From Octopus vulgaris (Eukaryota), in assembly GCA_951406725.2 (NCBI GenBank), contig OX597815.1, positions 132,494,001 to 132,558,000 on the forward strand: 64,000 nt of DNA, in the 5' to 3' direction. The translations under genes were made by a program, and so were the position numbers. The notes beneath the pieces are model-generated. The model saw only the letters and a list, made by a program, of their open reading frames with translations. It made no database searches and was not told the origin of the DNA. Shown piece after piece: positions 12,701 to 23,792 of this stretch (its first letter is position 1; every line of letters starts with the position of its first letter).

Positions 12701-13018
12701 CAGTCCTTCATCCTTTCACCCCTACTCCCCTTCCCTTCTTCCCCTCCCTCCTTCCCTCTTCCCCTTCCCTTCTTCCCCCTCCCTCCTTCCCTCTTCCCCT
12801 TCCCTTCTTCCCCCTCCCTCCTTCCCTCTTCCCCTTCCCTCTGCTCCCTCACTCCCCTTCTCTCTCCCCCTCCCCCTCTTTCCTCCCCTTCCTTCTCCCC
12901 CTCCTCTCCTCTGCCCCCCTCTCCTCCCCCTCTTCTTCCCCTCCCCTTCTCCCCCTCTTCTCCCCTCCCCTCTTCTCCTCACTACACCACACGACTTTAC
13001 ACATCACATCATATATGA
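9747..13018 (+). pseudogene. PLE polyprotein (N-terminal domain, reverse transcriptase, Zn linker, GIY-YIG endonuclease), disrupted
   Basis: ATG at 9747 (MPDPRSY...), in-frame TAA at 9861, then FLSRYLHHRLIPKGF. A frameshift lies in the C-rich 10300-10460 region. Then LSAAERSVLGRGLRFIP, IKPADKGGAVVV, YFLPKIHK..GRPIVS, MDIQSLYTVIP, GVAMGTRMGPNYANLF, RYIDD, FLD. An in-frame TAA at 11774 (H*KHTDSHSYL) is followed by CSRPRCRTC and NIIYCVSCSLCNSLYIGQTGRRLADRFAEH...E..LI...PFGLN. Confidence 0.95.
12630..12980 (+). repeat. Almost pure polypyrimidine (C/T) tract after the GIY-YIG domain
   Basis: Low-complexity cccctct/cccttc sequence that gives the Pro/Ser-rich ORF tail. Confidence 0.9.
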
Positions 13019-13019
13019 T

Positions 13020-13370
13020 GTGCCATACTAATACATACACCAACTAATACATACTAATACGTACTAATACATACTAATACATACTAATACATACACCAAC
13101 CCTATACATACACACGTCCAGACCCCTCATACGCACTTATACTCTCTCATACACACACACACACTTATACATACTAATACGTACTAATACATACTAATAC
13201 ATACTAATACATACACCAACCCCATACATACGCCTGTCCAGACCTATCCTACGCACTAATACTCTCTCATACACACACACACACACACACACTCACACAC
13301 ACCCTTATACATACTAATACATACACCAACCCTATACATACACACGTCCAGACCCCTCCTACGCACTAAC
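13020..13370 (+). repeat. Compound tandem repeat in the PLE 3' UTR (10-bp atactaatac units within ~120-bp units)
   Basis: Three copies of atacaccaaccctatacatacacacgtccagacccctc.tacgcactaat are interspersed with (atactaatac)n. Confidence 0.85.
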
Positions 13371-13680
13371 AGGTGGTCATTCAACCCTGTTATCAACCCT
13401 ATTATCTCCCCTTATTTCGCTCTCGCGTCTCATGTTTGATCTTTGACTTCTGGCCGAAATCAGATCGCCATGTTGATTCGTTAGTTACTGCACGCATTTT
13501 TTTTCTCTCCTTCTTTCTGTGTTTTTTTTCTCTCTGTGTATCTTTCTGTTGAAGAGCGTAGGCTCGAAACGTTAAAGACTTGTTTTATTTATATTTCCTG
13601 AGCGCCATACTAATACAATTGTTTGTTTGTTTTCCACCTGCCTTCGTCTTTTGTCTATTTTCATAAAGCTTCCCGTTATA
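13302..13680 (+). repeat. 3' pseudo-LTR of the PLE
   Basis: Direct copy of 8751-9118, ending ...gcttcccgtta(ta)n. Confidence 0.95.
13541..13578 (+). ncRNA. Minimal type I hammerhead ribozyme, CUGUUGA core variant (3' pLTR)
   Basis: Identical to 8977-9014. Confidence 0.75.
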
Positions 13681-13702
13681 TATATATATATATATATATA
13701 TA

Positions 13703-13899
13703 CTGTTGTGTCTGGGGAGAGTCATTCTCTTTAAGTGTAAATAATGGACAGAGTCAAGTCTATTGAAAATGTTGCAAGACGCAACGAAAAATTTAGAAAA
13801 TAAAAATAAGAAATAAGTGGAAATTTTACCGGTGAGTGTGTTAAATAATAAAGCACTAAAAGAGAAGAGAAAGAGAATGACTCTCCCCAGACACAACAG
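13703..13899. mobile_element. 197-bp fold-back element with perfect 30-bp inverted repeats and an internal UUGAAAA HHR-like motif
   Basis: ctgttgtgtctggggagagtcattctcttt (13703-13732) matches its exact reverse complement (13870-13899). 13759-13797 reads tcta-TTGAAAA-t-gttgc(aagac)gcaac-GAA-aaat-T-taga. Confidence 0.7.
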
Positions 13900-13997
13900 A
13901 ATATGCTTCAACACACGAACTCATATAAAGAATCTTGCAAACTAAATCCAAAAACGAAATATATATATATAAGTATATTATTCATGTAGATATATGT

Positions 13998-14049
13998 AGG
14001 CGCAGCAGTGAGTGTGTGGTCAAAAGTTTCCTCATATGGTTCAGTCCCA

Positions 14050-14087
<38 letters not shown>

Positions 14088-14300
14088 ACCTTTGCGTCTG
14101 TGTTTGCGCCCCACTACCACTTGACGACCGGCGTTTGTGTGTTTACGTTTCTTTAACGTAACAGTTCGGCAGAAAAGGTTGATAGAATAAACGCCAGATT
14201 AAAAACAAAGTACTGGGTCGATTCATTCGATTCAAAATTCTTTAAGGCGGTGTCCCAGCATGTCTACAGCTTACTGACCGAAACGAGTAAGAGACAAAAG
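13998..14300 (+). mobile_element. SINE family B, internally deleted
   Basis: Head, (TG)n and 3' body match 19197-19586. Confidence 0.8.
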
Positions 14301-14689
14301 TTGTGTGTGTGTGTGTGTGTATGCTTTCCATAGAGATACACAAACACACACTCAATAAAATCTGATATAAAGAAAATAGAACGTGAGTTCACTTAATAAA
14401 AATTATAGTGATGAGATAAAATAACTGATATTTGCAATAAGTCAAGATGTAACGCTAGCTATTTATAGATATATGAGCAGCAATAATAGCTCTCCCTCAT
14501 TTCGTCTAATGTCTTTTTCCAGACTGACGCATCGATGTGTCATAAGTAACATGGGAATCAGCATTCCTGCTAGCCATATTAGCATATATTAAACGACGGC
14601 GAGAATTATCTCATCAATGAAATAATTTCTCTTTTATTCAGTGACATTATTACAACAGCTTTACCTGCTGCTCGCTCTCTGATTTTATT

Positions 14690-15440
14690 GTCGTCATCCT
14701 CATGAACGTCACCATCTCTAATGAATCATCTTTATCGCCATATATCATCATTGTTATTACTATCGTCTTGGTTTTTAGCTTATTATCGTCATCTTCGTCG
14801 TTATCATCATCATCGTTGTCGTCATCATCATCTTCATCGCAGTCGTCGTTGTCATTGTGGTCAATCTTCATCATCAGCAGCAGTTGCTGCATCACCTTCC
14901 TCGTCCTCGTTATCATCATTATCGTCGTCGTCATCATGATCATGATCACCCTCCTCCTCCTCCTCATCATCATCATCCACACCATCGTCATCGTCATCAT
15001 CTTCGTCGTAATCAATTAAGTCGCCGATTATCTTTGTCAACATCCATCATCATGGTTCAACATCATTGTTATTGTCATTATCATCATCGTAATCATCTTC
15101 ACATTCGTGATCAGTTTCATCATCATCATCAATGGTGTCATCGTTATCGTCGACGTTGCTCTCACTTCTGCAGCCAACGTAAACCCTCCCACCACACCCC
15201 GGAACATCATCATTCGCTACTACCAATCCATCATAATTTTGAAGTCGAGCATTTCCATCATCATTCCCTTCACCTTTTCCTCAGCCTCCGTCGTCGCCTC
15301 TTCATCCTCCTCATCATCATCATCACTACCACCATCATAGTCATCACCGTCTTTGGCTTCTGTTATTTTTATCAATATTATTATCACCATCATTAACATC
15401 TACCTCATCATTTTCATTATTATATTATCATCATCTATTT
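14690..15440. repeat. Degenerate (CAT/CGT)n trinucleotide field
   Basis: Seen directly in the sequence. It gives His/Ile/Ser-rich ORFs in all frames. Confidence 0.92.
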
Positions 15441-16007
15441 ACCATCATTTCATAAACATAAACACACAATCGTAACATAAACACACCTTTGTCGCCCTCT
15501 TAATATTGATAATTTTTGTTTTTCTCAACCTACAGTAATTTAGTATTATAAGCTATATAGAAATATAATGGAGTCTATTAAAATGAATATTACCATATTT
15601 TACTAATATATTATTATATATTGCTATATAGTGGCGACGGAAACCAAGAGATAATTAAATAATTACTAACTTTATTTTTATTAGACCCAAATGGTCTGTG
15701 TTTAGATGCAAAAGGAAGTCATTCTGTGACGTTTATATCATAACAGAAGCTATTAACGCTGTTTTTAGTTGAAGAGGAATGTCACTTAATGACGCCCATG
15801 ACTTCAATGGAGCTATTACTTGTGTGAATATAGATGAAGGGGAAAGTATTGCTTTTTATGTTTGTGTCTTCATCAAACGTATAACTGGTATAGTGTCCTG
15901 GGCGTTCATCATATCTTCGTTGCTGTTTCTTTTTGCGCTCAGCATTAGGTCATACATGTGCACAATGCTTTACTGTTCAGATTTTGATCCATCTCAGGCA
16001 TATATTC

Positions 16008-16166
16008 TTTTCTACTCGAGGCACTAGGCCCGAAATTTTGGGGGAGTAGGCCACTCGATTAGATCGACCCCTGTACGCAACTAGTACTTAATTTATCGAC
16101 TCCAAAAGGATAAAAGGCAAAGTCGACCTCGGCAGAATTTGAACTCAGAACATAAAGACAGACGAA
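16008..16166 (-). mobile_element. SINE family A, partial
   Basis: Reverse complement of the family A core (aaaggcaaagtcgacctcggcagaatttgaactcagaac). Confidence 0.85.
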
Positions 16167-16365
16167 GCTCAACCATATATTGAGATATGGCCAAAAGTAC
16201 ATTAGTTGCAGCCTTGCAATTTCATGGTAAGTCTCTCGTTCACTACACTCTCACTCTTTAGCCCTCTCTTTCTCTGTCATTCATTCAGTGCACGTACGCA
16301 CATACACGCACACACTCACAGTCATTCACACAGAAACACACACACGCACACATACACATACATGT

Positions 16366-16520
16366 AGGCGTGGCTGTGTGGTAAGAAGCTTGCTTCCCAA
16401 CCACCTGGTTCAAGGTTCAGTCTCACTGCGTGGCACCTTGGTCCGGTGTCTTCTTGAATGGCTTCGGACCAAATAAAGCCATGTGAGCGGATATGGTAGA
16501 AGGAAACTGAAAGAAGTATG

Positions 16521-16566
<46 letters not shown>

Positions 16567-16850
16567 TGTGCATGTGTATGTGCGTATGGGTGTGTGCGTG
16601 CGTGTGTGTGTGGTTTGTGTGGTGTGTATGTGTGTGTGGTTTGTGTGGTATGTGGATGTGTGTGTCTTTGTTTCTGTTTGTCCTCCGCCACCACTTAACA
16701 ACCGGTGTTGGTGTATTTACGTCAGCGTAACCTAGCAGTTCGGCAAATGAGCCCGACAGAATAAATACCAGACTTAAAGAAATATAAGCACTGTGGTTCA
16801 TTCATTCGACTAAAAATTCTTCAAGGTATTGCTCCAGCATGGCCGCAATC
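16366..16850 (+). mobile_element. SINE family B
   Basis: Head and body match family B, with an expanded internal (TG)n. Confidence 0.88.
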
Positions 16851-17123
16851 AGAGTACCCTGATGAAGGAGACTTGAGTTATCCAATGTCTATTTGCTTCC
16901 ATTAGGTCTTACATATTGTGGAAAACTACACCTAGTAATATTATGATGGGTCTCCGAGCTCCCAGAGTTATAACACCTTACCTCTTTCTCTTTAATCTCT
17001 GTCGTTTGTAATCTGTTTAAGCTTGATCTATCAATGTAAATATCTACATATTTATACTTAAATATTCATCGCCTGAAAGTCTGCAGTCTTTGCTTTCTTT
17101 TATTTGGCATGTATACACTTATA

Positions 17124-17383
17124 TAGGCGTAGGAGTGTCTGTGTGGTAGGTAAAGGCGTAGGAGTGACTGTGTGGTAAGTATAGAAATAGAGGTATCTGT
17201 GTGGTAAGTATAGGCGTAGGAGCGACTGTGTGGTAAGTAGCTTGCTTATTAACCACATAGTTCCGAGTTCAGTCCCACTGCGTCGCACCTTGGGCAAGTG
17301 TCTTCTACTATAGCCTCGAGCCGACCAAAGCCTTGTGAGTGGTTTTGGTACACGGAAACTGAAGGAAGCCTGTCGTATATATG

Positions 17384-17456
<73 letters not shown>

Positions 17457-17664
17457 TTGTATGTTTGTGTGTTTGTGTTTGTCCCCCCAACATCGCTTGA
17501 CAACCGATACTGATGTGTTTACGTCCCTGTAACTTAGCAGTTCGGCAAAAGAGACCGATAGAATGAGTACTAGGCTTACAAAGAATAAGTCCAGGGGTCG
17601 ATTTGCTCGACAAAAGGTGATGCTTCAGCATAGCAACAGTCAAATGACTGAAATAAGTAAAAGA
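17124..17664 (+). mobile_element. SINE family B with a tandemly multiplied 5' head
   Basis: Four ~29-bp units (aggcgtaggagtg.ctgtgtggtaagt) precede the SINE body. Confidence 0.88.
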
Positions 17665-17898
17665 ATATGTATTGTATATCGAACCCGAACTGTTATATTT
17701 AATCTTTTTATCCGCATAATTGCCTCCATATCTACTCACCTTGATACCACTTATAGCGATTCTTTACCCGGTGGAATTTGTCCCTCTTAAGACATCAGAG
17801 GTTAAGCTCGAATCATGTGGGCGCTACAAAGTCACTTGTTTAATGATAACTCCTACATTACATCTATTGACAATATACACACACACTCACACACACAT

Positions 17899-17937
<39 letters not shown>

Positions 17938-17938
<1 letters not shown>

Positions 17939-19006
17939 TGGGTTAGCAACTAAGTTCCCGCCGCTTTTTTTTAAATTTAAATTTTTAAAAAGGTTTTAAA
18001 AAATACAAACTAATTAATCAATAATGTATTTACCCTTGTTTTTTACAACTTCCTCCCAACGTTCAACAAGATTTTCAATATCTCGTTGGTAGAAATCACC
18101 CGACTTCGCCTCGAAAAATCGATCCAACCAAGCTCTCAATTCTGCATCAGTATTGAACGAAACTCCGCGCATAGCATTTGAAAGAGATCGAAAGAGGTGG
18201 AAATCAGTTGGTGCCAAATCAGGAGAGTACGGTGGATGTGGCAGCACTTCCCAACCATGCGTTTGAATGGCTTCCTTGGTCATATTGGCGATATGAGGGC
18301 GGGCGTTGCCTTGCAACAGAAGTACTCCATGCTGCCGATTTGGTCTTTTCTCTTGAATAGCTGTGTTGAGTCGTTCCATCAGTTGAACATAGAGTTTCGC
18401 GTTGACCGTTTGGTTCCGTTCAAGCAATTGCGGAGATTGTGGCTCGTTGATTTTTGCGGTTGTCACTTAAAGCACGCGGAAACCATGCTCCATACTTCTG
18501 AACCTTTCCCATCAAGTGAAGATGCTTCTCTATAGCAGTGTGGGAGCATTCCATTTTCTCTGCCAGTTCCCTTATCGTTTGACGAGAATTTTCGTGCAAA
18601 AGTTGGTTTCATCGCTCTTCATGGAACTCAACTGGACGACCAGAACGAGGTGCGTCTATGAGGTCAAAATTACCATTTTTGAACTTGGCATACAAATCAC
18701 GAGCTGTTCTTTTAGCTATGGCACCCTCTCAATACACAGCACAAATGTTGTGAGCAGCATTTGCGGCCTTAGAACCTTGATTAAAAGTAAAATGAAGGAG
18801 ATGTCGAAAATGCTCGTTATTCTTAACTTGACATTCCATTTTAATGATCTGAAAATAAACAAACATCAACTAAAATTAAGTAGAAAAAAAAAGATTCCAA
18901 AATGATTCAAAAATAGAATTCTCGAAAAAAATAGATTTCAAAATTTAAAAACGCAATAAATCCCCAAATAAAAAAAAAAACGGCGGGAACTTCGTTGCCA
19001 AGCCAA
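17938..19006 (-). mobile_element. Mariner (DD34D) transposon, internally deleted, with TIRs and TA target duplication
   Basis: TIRs ttgggttagcaactaagttcccgccg and cggcgggaacttcgttgccaagccaa, each flanked by TA. Length is ~1.07 kb. Confidence 0.93.
18014..18839 (-). pseudogene. Mariner transposase pseudogene
   Basis: MECQVKNNEHFRHLL..APRSGRP..RQTIRELAE..GAWFPRAL (WVPHEL-like). A deletion removes the first catalytic Asp region. Then LQGNARPH and PHPPYSPDLAPTDFHLF. Internal stop codons are present. Confidence 0.92.
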
Positions 19007-19107
19007 TATATATACACATAATCAATAAAACGGAATAAAAAGACATGCAAAAAGCGACAACGCGCGACGTATTAATAGGACTCTCGGCCAAGGAAAGAAA
19101 GAGTGGT

Positions 19108-19141
19108 TGTTTTACGTTTCGAGCAAAGCTCTTCGGAAACA
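19108..19141 (-). ncRNA. Short-core hammerhead-like motif
   Basis: Reverse complement reads tgttt-CCGA-a-gagc(ttt)gctc-GAA-acgt-A-aaaca. The stems are intact but the core is 3 nt shorter than CUGANGA. Confidence 0.5.
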
Positions 19142-19196
19142 GGATTCATAGGTAAGTCGAAACGAAAAAGAAGAAGGAAAAGATCGACAACAGTCC

Positions 19197-19586
19197 AGGC
19201 GCAGGAGTGGCTGTGTGGTAAGTAGCTTGCTAACCAACCACATGGTTCCGGGTTCAGTCCCACTGCGTGGCATCTTGGGCAAGTGTCTTCTGCTATAGCC
19301 CCGGGCCGACCAATGCCTTGTGAGTGGATTTGGTAGACGGAAACTGAAAGAAGTCTGTCGTATATATGTATATATATATATGTGTGTATATATGTTTGTG
19401 TGTCTGTGTTTGTCCCCCTAGCATTGCTTGACAACCGATGCTGGTGTGTTTACGTCCCCGTTACTTAGCGGTTCGGTAAAAGAGACCGATAGAATAAGTA
19501 CTGGGCTTACAAAAAAGAATAAGTCCCGGGGTTGATTTGCTCAAATGACTGAAACAAGTAAAAGAGTAAAAGAGTAAAAGAGAGAG
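19197..19586 (+). mobile_element. tRNA-derived SINE family B with an internal microsatellite
   Basis: aggcgcaggagtggctgtgtggtaag (A box), ggttcagtccc (B box), cttgggcaagtg (CORE-like), internal (TA)n(TG)n, tail (gtaaaaga)n. Confidence 0.9.
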
Positions 19587-19620
19587 TACGAGAGTCCATA
19601 AGTATTTACATTATATATAT

Positions 19621-20630
19621 ATTTGGAATGGTCATTTTGCCAGTTTAGCCAATAAAAACACATGCACTATATATTTGGTGTTACTTTGCTTCAGTGTTAT
19701 TTATTTTTTACATCAATCTTAATCTTATTTCGGTTAGAGTTCTTTCGTCACACTCCTGTGACCGCATCAGTGGCCCTTTGCTTTCTTCTTTCTTATTTGT
19801 GTGTCTCTCCTTACTAACCGTCAGCCATTTTGTATTTCTATTGTATGTCTTCATTTGCGCATGCGTATATCTCTATATGCGTCTATGTTTAGTTAGCATG
19901 TATGTGTGTGGGGGGAATGCCTGTAATATCTTCTGTTTATATACGTCCGTGTAATTTGTTTTTGTTTATTCTTTTTTTTATTTTGTTCATGTTTACATCC
20001 ACTTACTATTACTGTTATTATCATTATTATTATTATTACGTATGCTTGTATGTATGTATGTATGTATGTATGTATGTATGTATGTATAACAACAATACTA
20101 GTAATAACAATAATAATAATAATAAAACATTTCAAAAAAAAATTTTTAATCTTTTAAATTAAAAAAAAACCTATATAGTTATTTATTTCTATTTGTTTAT
20201 TTATCTGTGTATTTTATTTATTATGTTTTCGGTTTTGTTTATATTGTAACCAGTTTATGGGGATCCTCTTCTGTCATATGTTGTGGTGTGTGCTAGTGTT
20301 CCATTCCAGTTTCCTATTCAGGCTAGGTTTATCTTCTATTATGTGTGTAGCTTCTATAATTTGTCTGATTGTTGCATCTGTTCTATGTGTGGACAAGTTT
20401 TTAACCTCTATGTTGTTGATTGATCCCCTGTGTTCCTGCTCGGCGTGTTGGTACAAAATCGATGAGATATTTCCTACCTTAAGGAGTGTGACGAAAGAAC
20501 TCTGGCCGAAATAAGATTCAGATTAAGGTAAAAAATAAATAACACTGAAGCAAAGTAACAGCAAATATATAGTGCGTGTGTTTTTTTTTTTTTTTTTTGG
20601 CTAAACTGGCAAAATGACCATTCCGAAATA
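19621..20630 (-). mobile_element. 5'-truncated PLE remnant with inverted pLTR arms, GIY-YIG C-terminus and HHR-like motif
   Basis: 19621-19757 is inverted at 20482-20630. ORF 20274-20456 (-) reads YQHAEQEH...RQIIEATHIIEDKPSLN. The minus strand at ~19730-19775 reads ggcca-CTGATGC-g-gtcaca(ggag)tgtgac-GAAA. Confidence 0.7.
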
Positions 20631-20693
20631 CAACAATGTCTGTTTCAACACACAACTTCACATAAAAAATCGTGCACAACAAATATATAAACG

Positions 20694-20733
<40 letters not shown>

Positions 20734-20819
20734 CAATAATACAATTATTGTTTCTTATCAGGAACAAAATGTTTAAAAGGACAGCTATAGAAGTGCTCCA
20801 TTGAATGAGACAAATATAT

Positions 20820-21426
20820 CAAACTAAAGTTATAGAACAAACAAATGCAAGCCCACCCACTTAACATTTCATAACTCGAACATTTAATCATAGAAAATAC
20901 ATTTAGACATCACGGAAGATAGAATATAATTCATCTGTACAAGCATATAAGAAAGTGCGAGAAAAATGTGTGAATATATGTGAATACAGTTCATCACGGT
21001 TAAAAGTTAATACTTTAGCGATTAAGAAAAATATTTTTTTTTTTAAAAACCATTACAACACCTAGAAGGTAAAACGTAAAAATATAGTATAAAGTAATAT
21101 ATATATATATATAGGTATATAAAAATATATAGAAACATATATAAATATAGGAAGCATATAAAAATATATAATATATAATGTAAAATAATATAAAGGTTCA
21201 TCGTTTAGAAAATCTTATAAAATTACTTATCTAATAAGAGAGGCCTTATAGTTAAAAAGAGGAAACCATATTTACTAAATTCCCTATGGCTATTTCAGGG
21301 GTATATTATTGTGTTTAAGGCACCAGGGTGCATCACCCTAATAACACCTTCTTCCGTGATGTCTAAATGTATTTTCTATGATTAAGTGGATGACCTTGCA
21401 TTTGTTTGTTCTATAACTTTAGTTTT
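20820..21426. mobile_element. Fold-back element (probable PLE pLTR remnant) ending in (TA)n
   Basis: 20820-20919 is the reverse complement of 21350-21426, with a ~20-nt indel. A weak CGGAAGA...GAAA motif lies on the minus strand. Confidence 0.55.
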
Positions 21427-21438
21427 ATATATATATAT

Positions 21439-21513
<75 letters not shown>

Positions 21514-22199
21514 AATAATGATAACGGTATTTTTCATAGGCTTATAGCTTATAGTGATATGACCAAAGTAAATAGTCTAATAATGGGACATATAAGCCCT
21601 CGACAGAAAAATGTGACTTTCCCGTACACGTGGGACTTGACACCGCTTAACAAAACCATTTGCACCGATATGTATATATATATACACTATATGTTAGTAA
21701 GAACGCCGACGCACCTACATGGCTATAAATAAGAGTTAAATTACTATTAATGCTGTAGGAAGAGTGCAGATGTATACCTGCTGACAGGGGAGGCAACAGC
21801 CCCATTCCGACTCGAAAATCCACAGACTTTACGTGTGGTTTCGTGTGTTCTGTAGACATAATCAGTCAGGACTGCTCGAAGGACACATGTTCGGCTAATT
21901 CGGCTGATGTTGACTGTTGTTTTAATCACTTCTTTGAATCTGCCCACGGTATCCCTATTCGATATTTCCCATTGACGAAGGCCAAACTTCCGGAACCGCG
22001 CATCTAGGAAGCTGCTAGAGTAAAGCATTGGGTAAATATGGTGTTTCTACACCATTTACGATAGGAGGGAATTTTTTCTCCACGGTAAATGCGATGAATT
22101 TACCTTTCGAAGTTGAAATATGTCAAAAACATTTTAGCTAACCTAACATTCGTTTATTCTCATTCACTACATGCCGCTAATGCTGCTATCTGTCAGTCT

Positions 22200-22560
<361 letters not shown>

Positions 22561-22704
22561 TATGTGGGTACAGGACATCACCGCCGGTCCAAAGTACGTG
22601 ATATACGTAAACAAACGAAGGAAAAAATGTGTGAAATACGTAGACAACGAGAACAAAATGGAAAACAGGACAAGTTAACAGAGAAAGGACCCTTCATCAG
22701 TATA

Positions 22705-23193
22705 TATTGATTTCTGGCTAGAAAAACACCCAGAGACATTCCCTGACCGCACTCACAAGACCTTTGTTACGGAATCACTCAAGTTCATTTTTACAAACAA
22801 TTATTTCCTCTTCGACAACACACACTACCGTCAAAAATGTGGTATTGCGATGGGTACCAAGGCTGCACCAGTCCTTGCGAACCTCATAATGGGTTTCTTC
22901 GAACTATCACTCTATGAGATATCACACCAGAAATTTGGACATGTTTTCCACACCTACCTAATGGAAAACTGGAAAAGGTATTTGGATGATTGTTTTATCA
23001 TATGGAAAGAACCTTATGAAAAACTTCTGGAATTCAAAACCATACTGAACAACATACATCCCAACATCCAATTCACTATGGAATTAAGCAAACATCATCT
23101 CCCTTTCCTTGATCTCCTAATTATAAAAACACCTAAGAACCAAATCATAACAGACATCTACCACAAACCTACAGACTCACAACAATACCTCCT
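22705..23193 (+). pseudogene. PLE reverse transcriptase fragment (second family)
   Basis: ILTNNYFLFDNTHYRQKCGIAMGTKAAPVLANL...WKRYLDDCFIIW...NIQFTME...LPFLDLLI...TDIYHKPTDSQQYL. Confidence 0.92.
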
Positions 23194-23792
23194 CAAGCTA
23201 AAACTTATATTCTTTAAATATCATTATTATTTTTATTGTTATTATTATCATTATTTTTATTATATATGACATAGCAATCTGAAATGTAATTATAAATTGG
23301 TTTATGCAAATTTATATAATTCGAAAACAATATAAATAAAGTGTTAAAATCTGAATGTTAAGTTAGCACACAATTATATAAAAAAGATAATGCAAATGAA
23401 GCTAAAATGATAATTCTATAATTTAAGGTTTATTAACACCCTTTATTACAAAAAATTGATAAACACAAATTGAAGAGCTTAAAACCCATAGAGTTGTCTC
23501 CCCTTATTCACAACACAGGAACTGGACTACTATTACTTCCTGTTTTGCCATGCACTTAAGAGACACCCTTAATTAAATTAAACAACACATGGATTTAATC
23601 CCATTGGATCTCAATACTTCAAGGTAAATTTTTCGTGAACAATCATTAAACTCAAGATACACAAAGACTTTACAATGTATCGGAGTACCTATTTTTAAAT
23701 TTTTGTATATATTTATTTTTATTTTTTTGCAAAAAACAATGTAATTTTCTTTTTTCCCCCTCCTCACATTTAAAAAAAAATTTTTTCTCTAC

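Larger units (their letters stand above)
8751..13680 (+). mobile_element. Near full-length Penelope-like element (PLE) with C-terminal GIY-YIG endonuclease (Neptune-like) and direct pseudo-LTRs
   Basis: A ~370-bp near-identical direct repeat lies at 8751-9118 and 13302-13680. It brackets a long disrupted RT + GIY-YIG ORF, and the 3' end runs into (TA)n. Confidence 0.95.

Noticed and set aside
10304-12982. Minus-strand ORFs overlapping the PLE
   Set aside because: They are antisense shadows of a C-rich coding strand with no independent motifs.
13020-13370. Repeat array as CRISPR-like or telomeric
   Set aside because: There are no unique spacers, the context is eukaryotic, and it is a minisatellite inside the PLE 3' UTR.
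14650-15396. His-, Asp- or Ile-rich ORFs (e.g. 14857-15396)
   Set aside because: These are translations of a degenerate (CAT)n field, open in several frames and on both strands.
15780-15990. Possible host exon in unique sequence (minus strand, ..SAKRNSNEDMM..)
   Set aside because: The frames are short and bounded by stops, with no convincing splice pair or recognisable domain.
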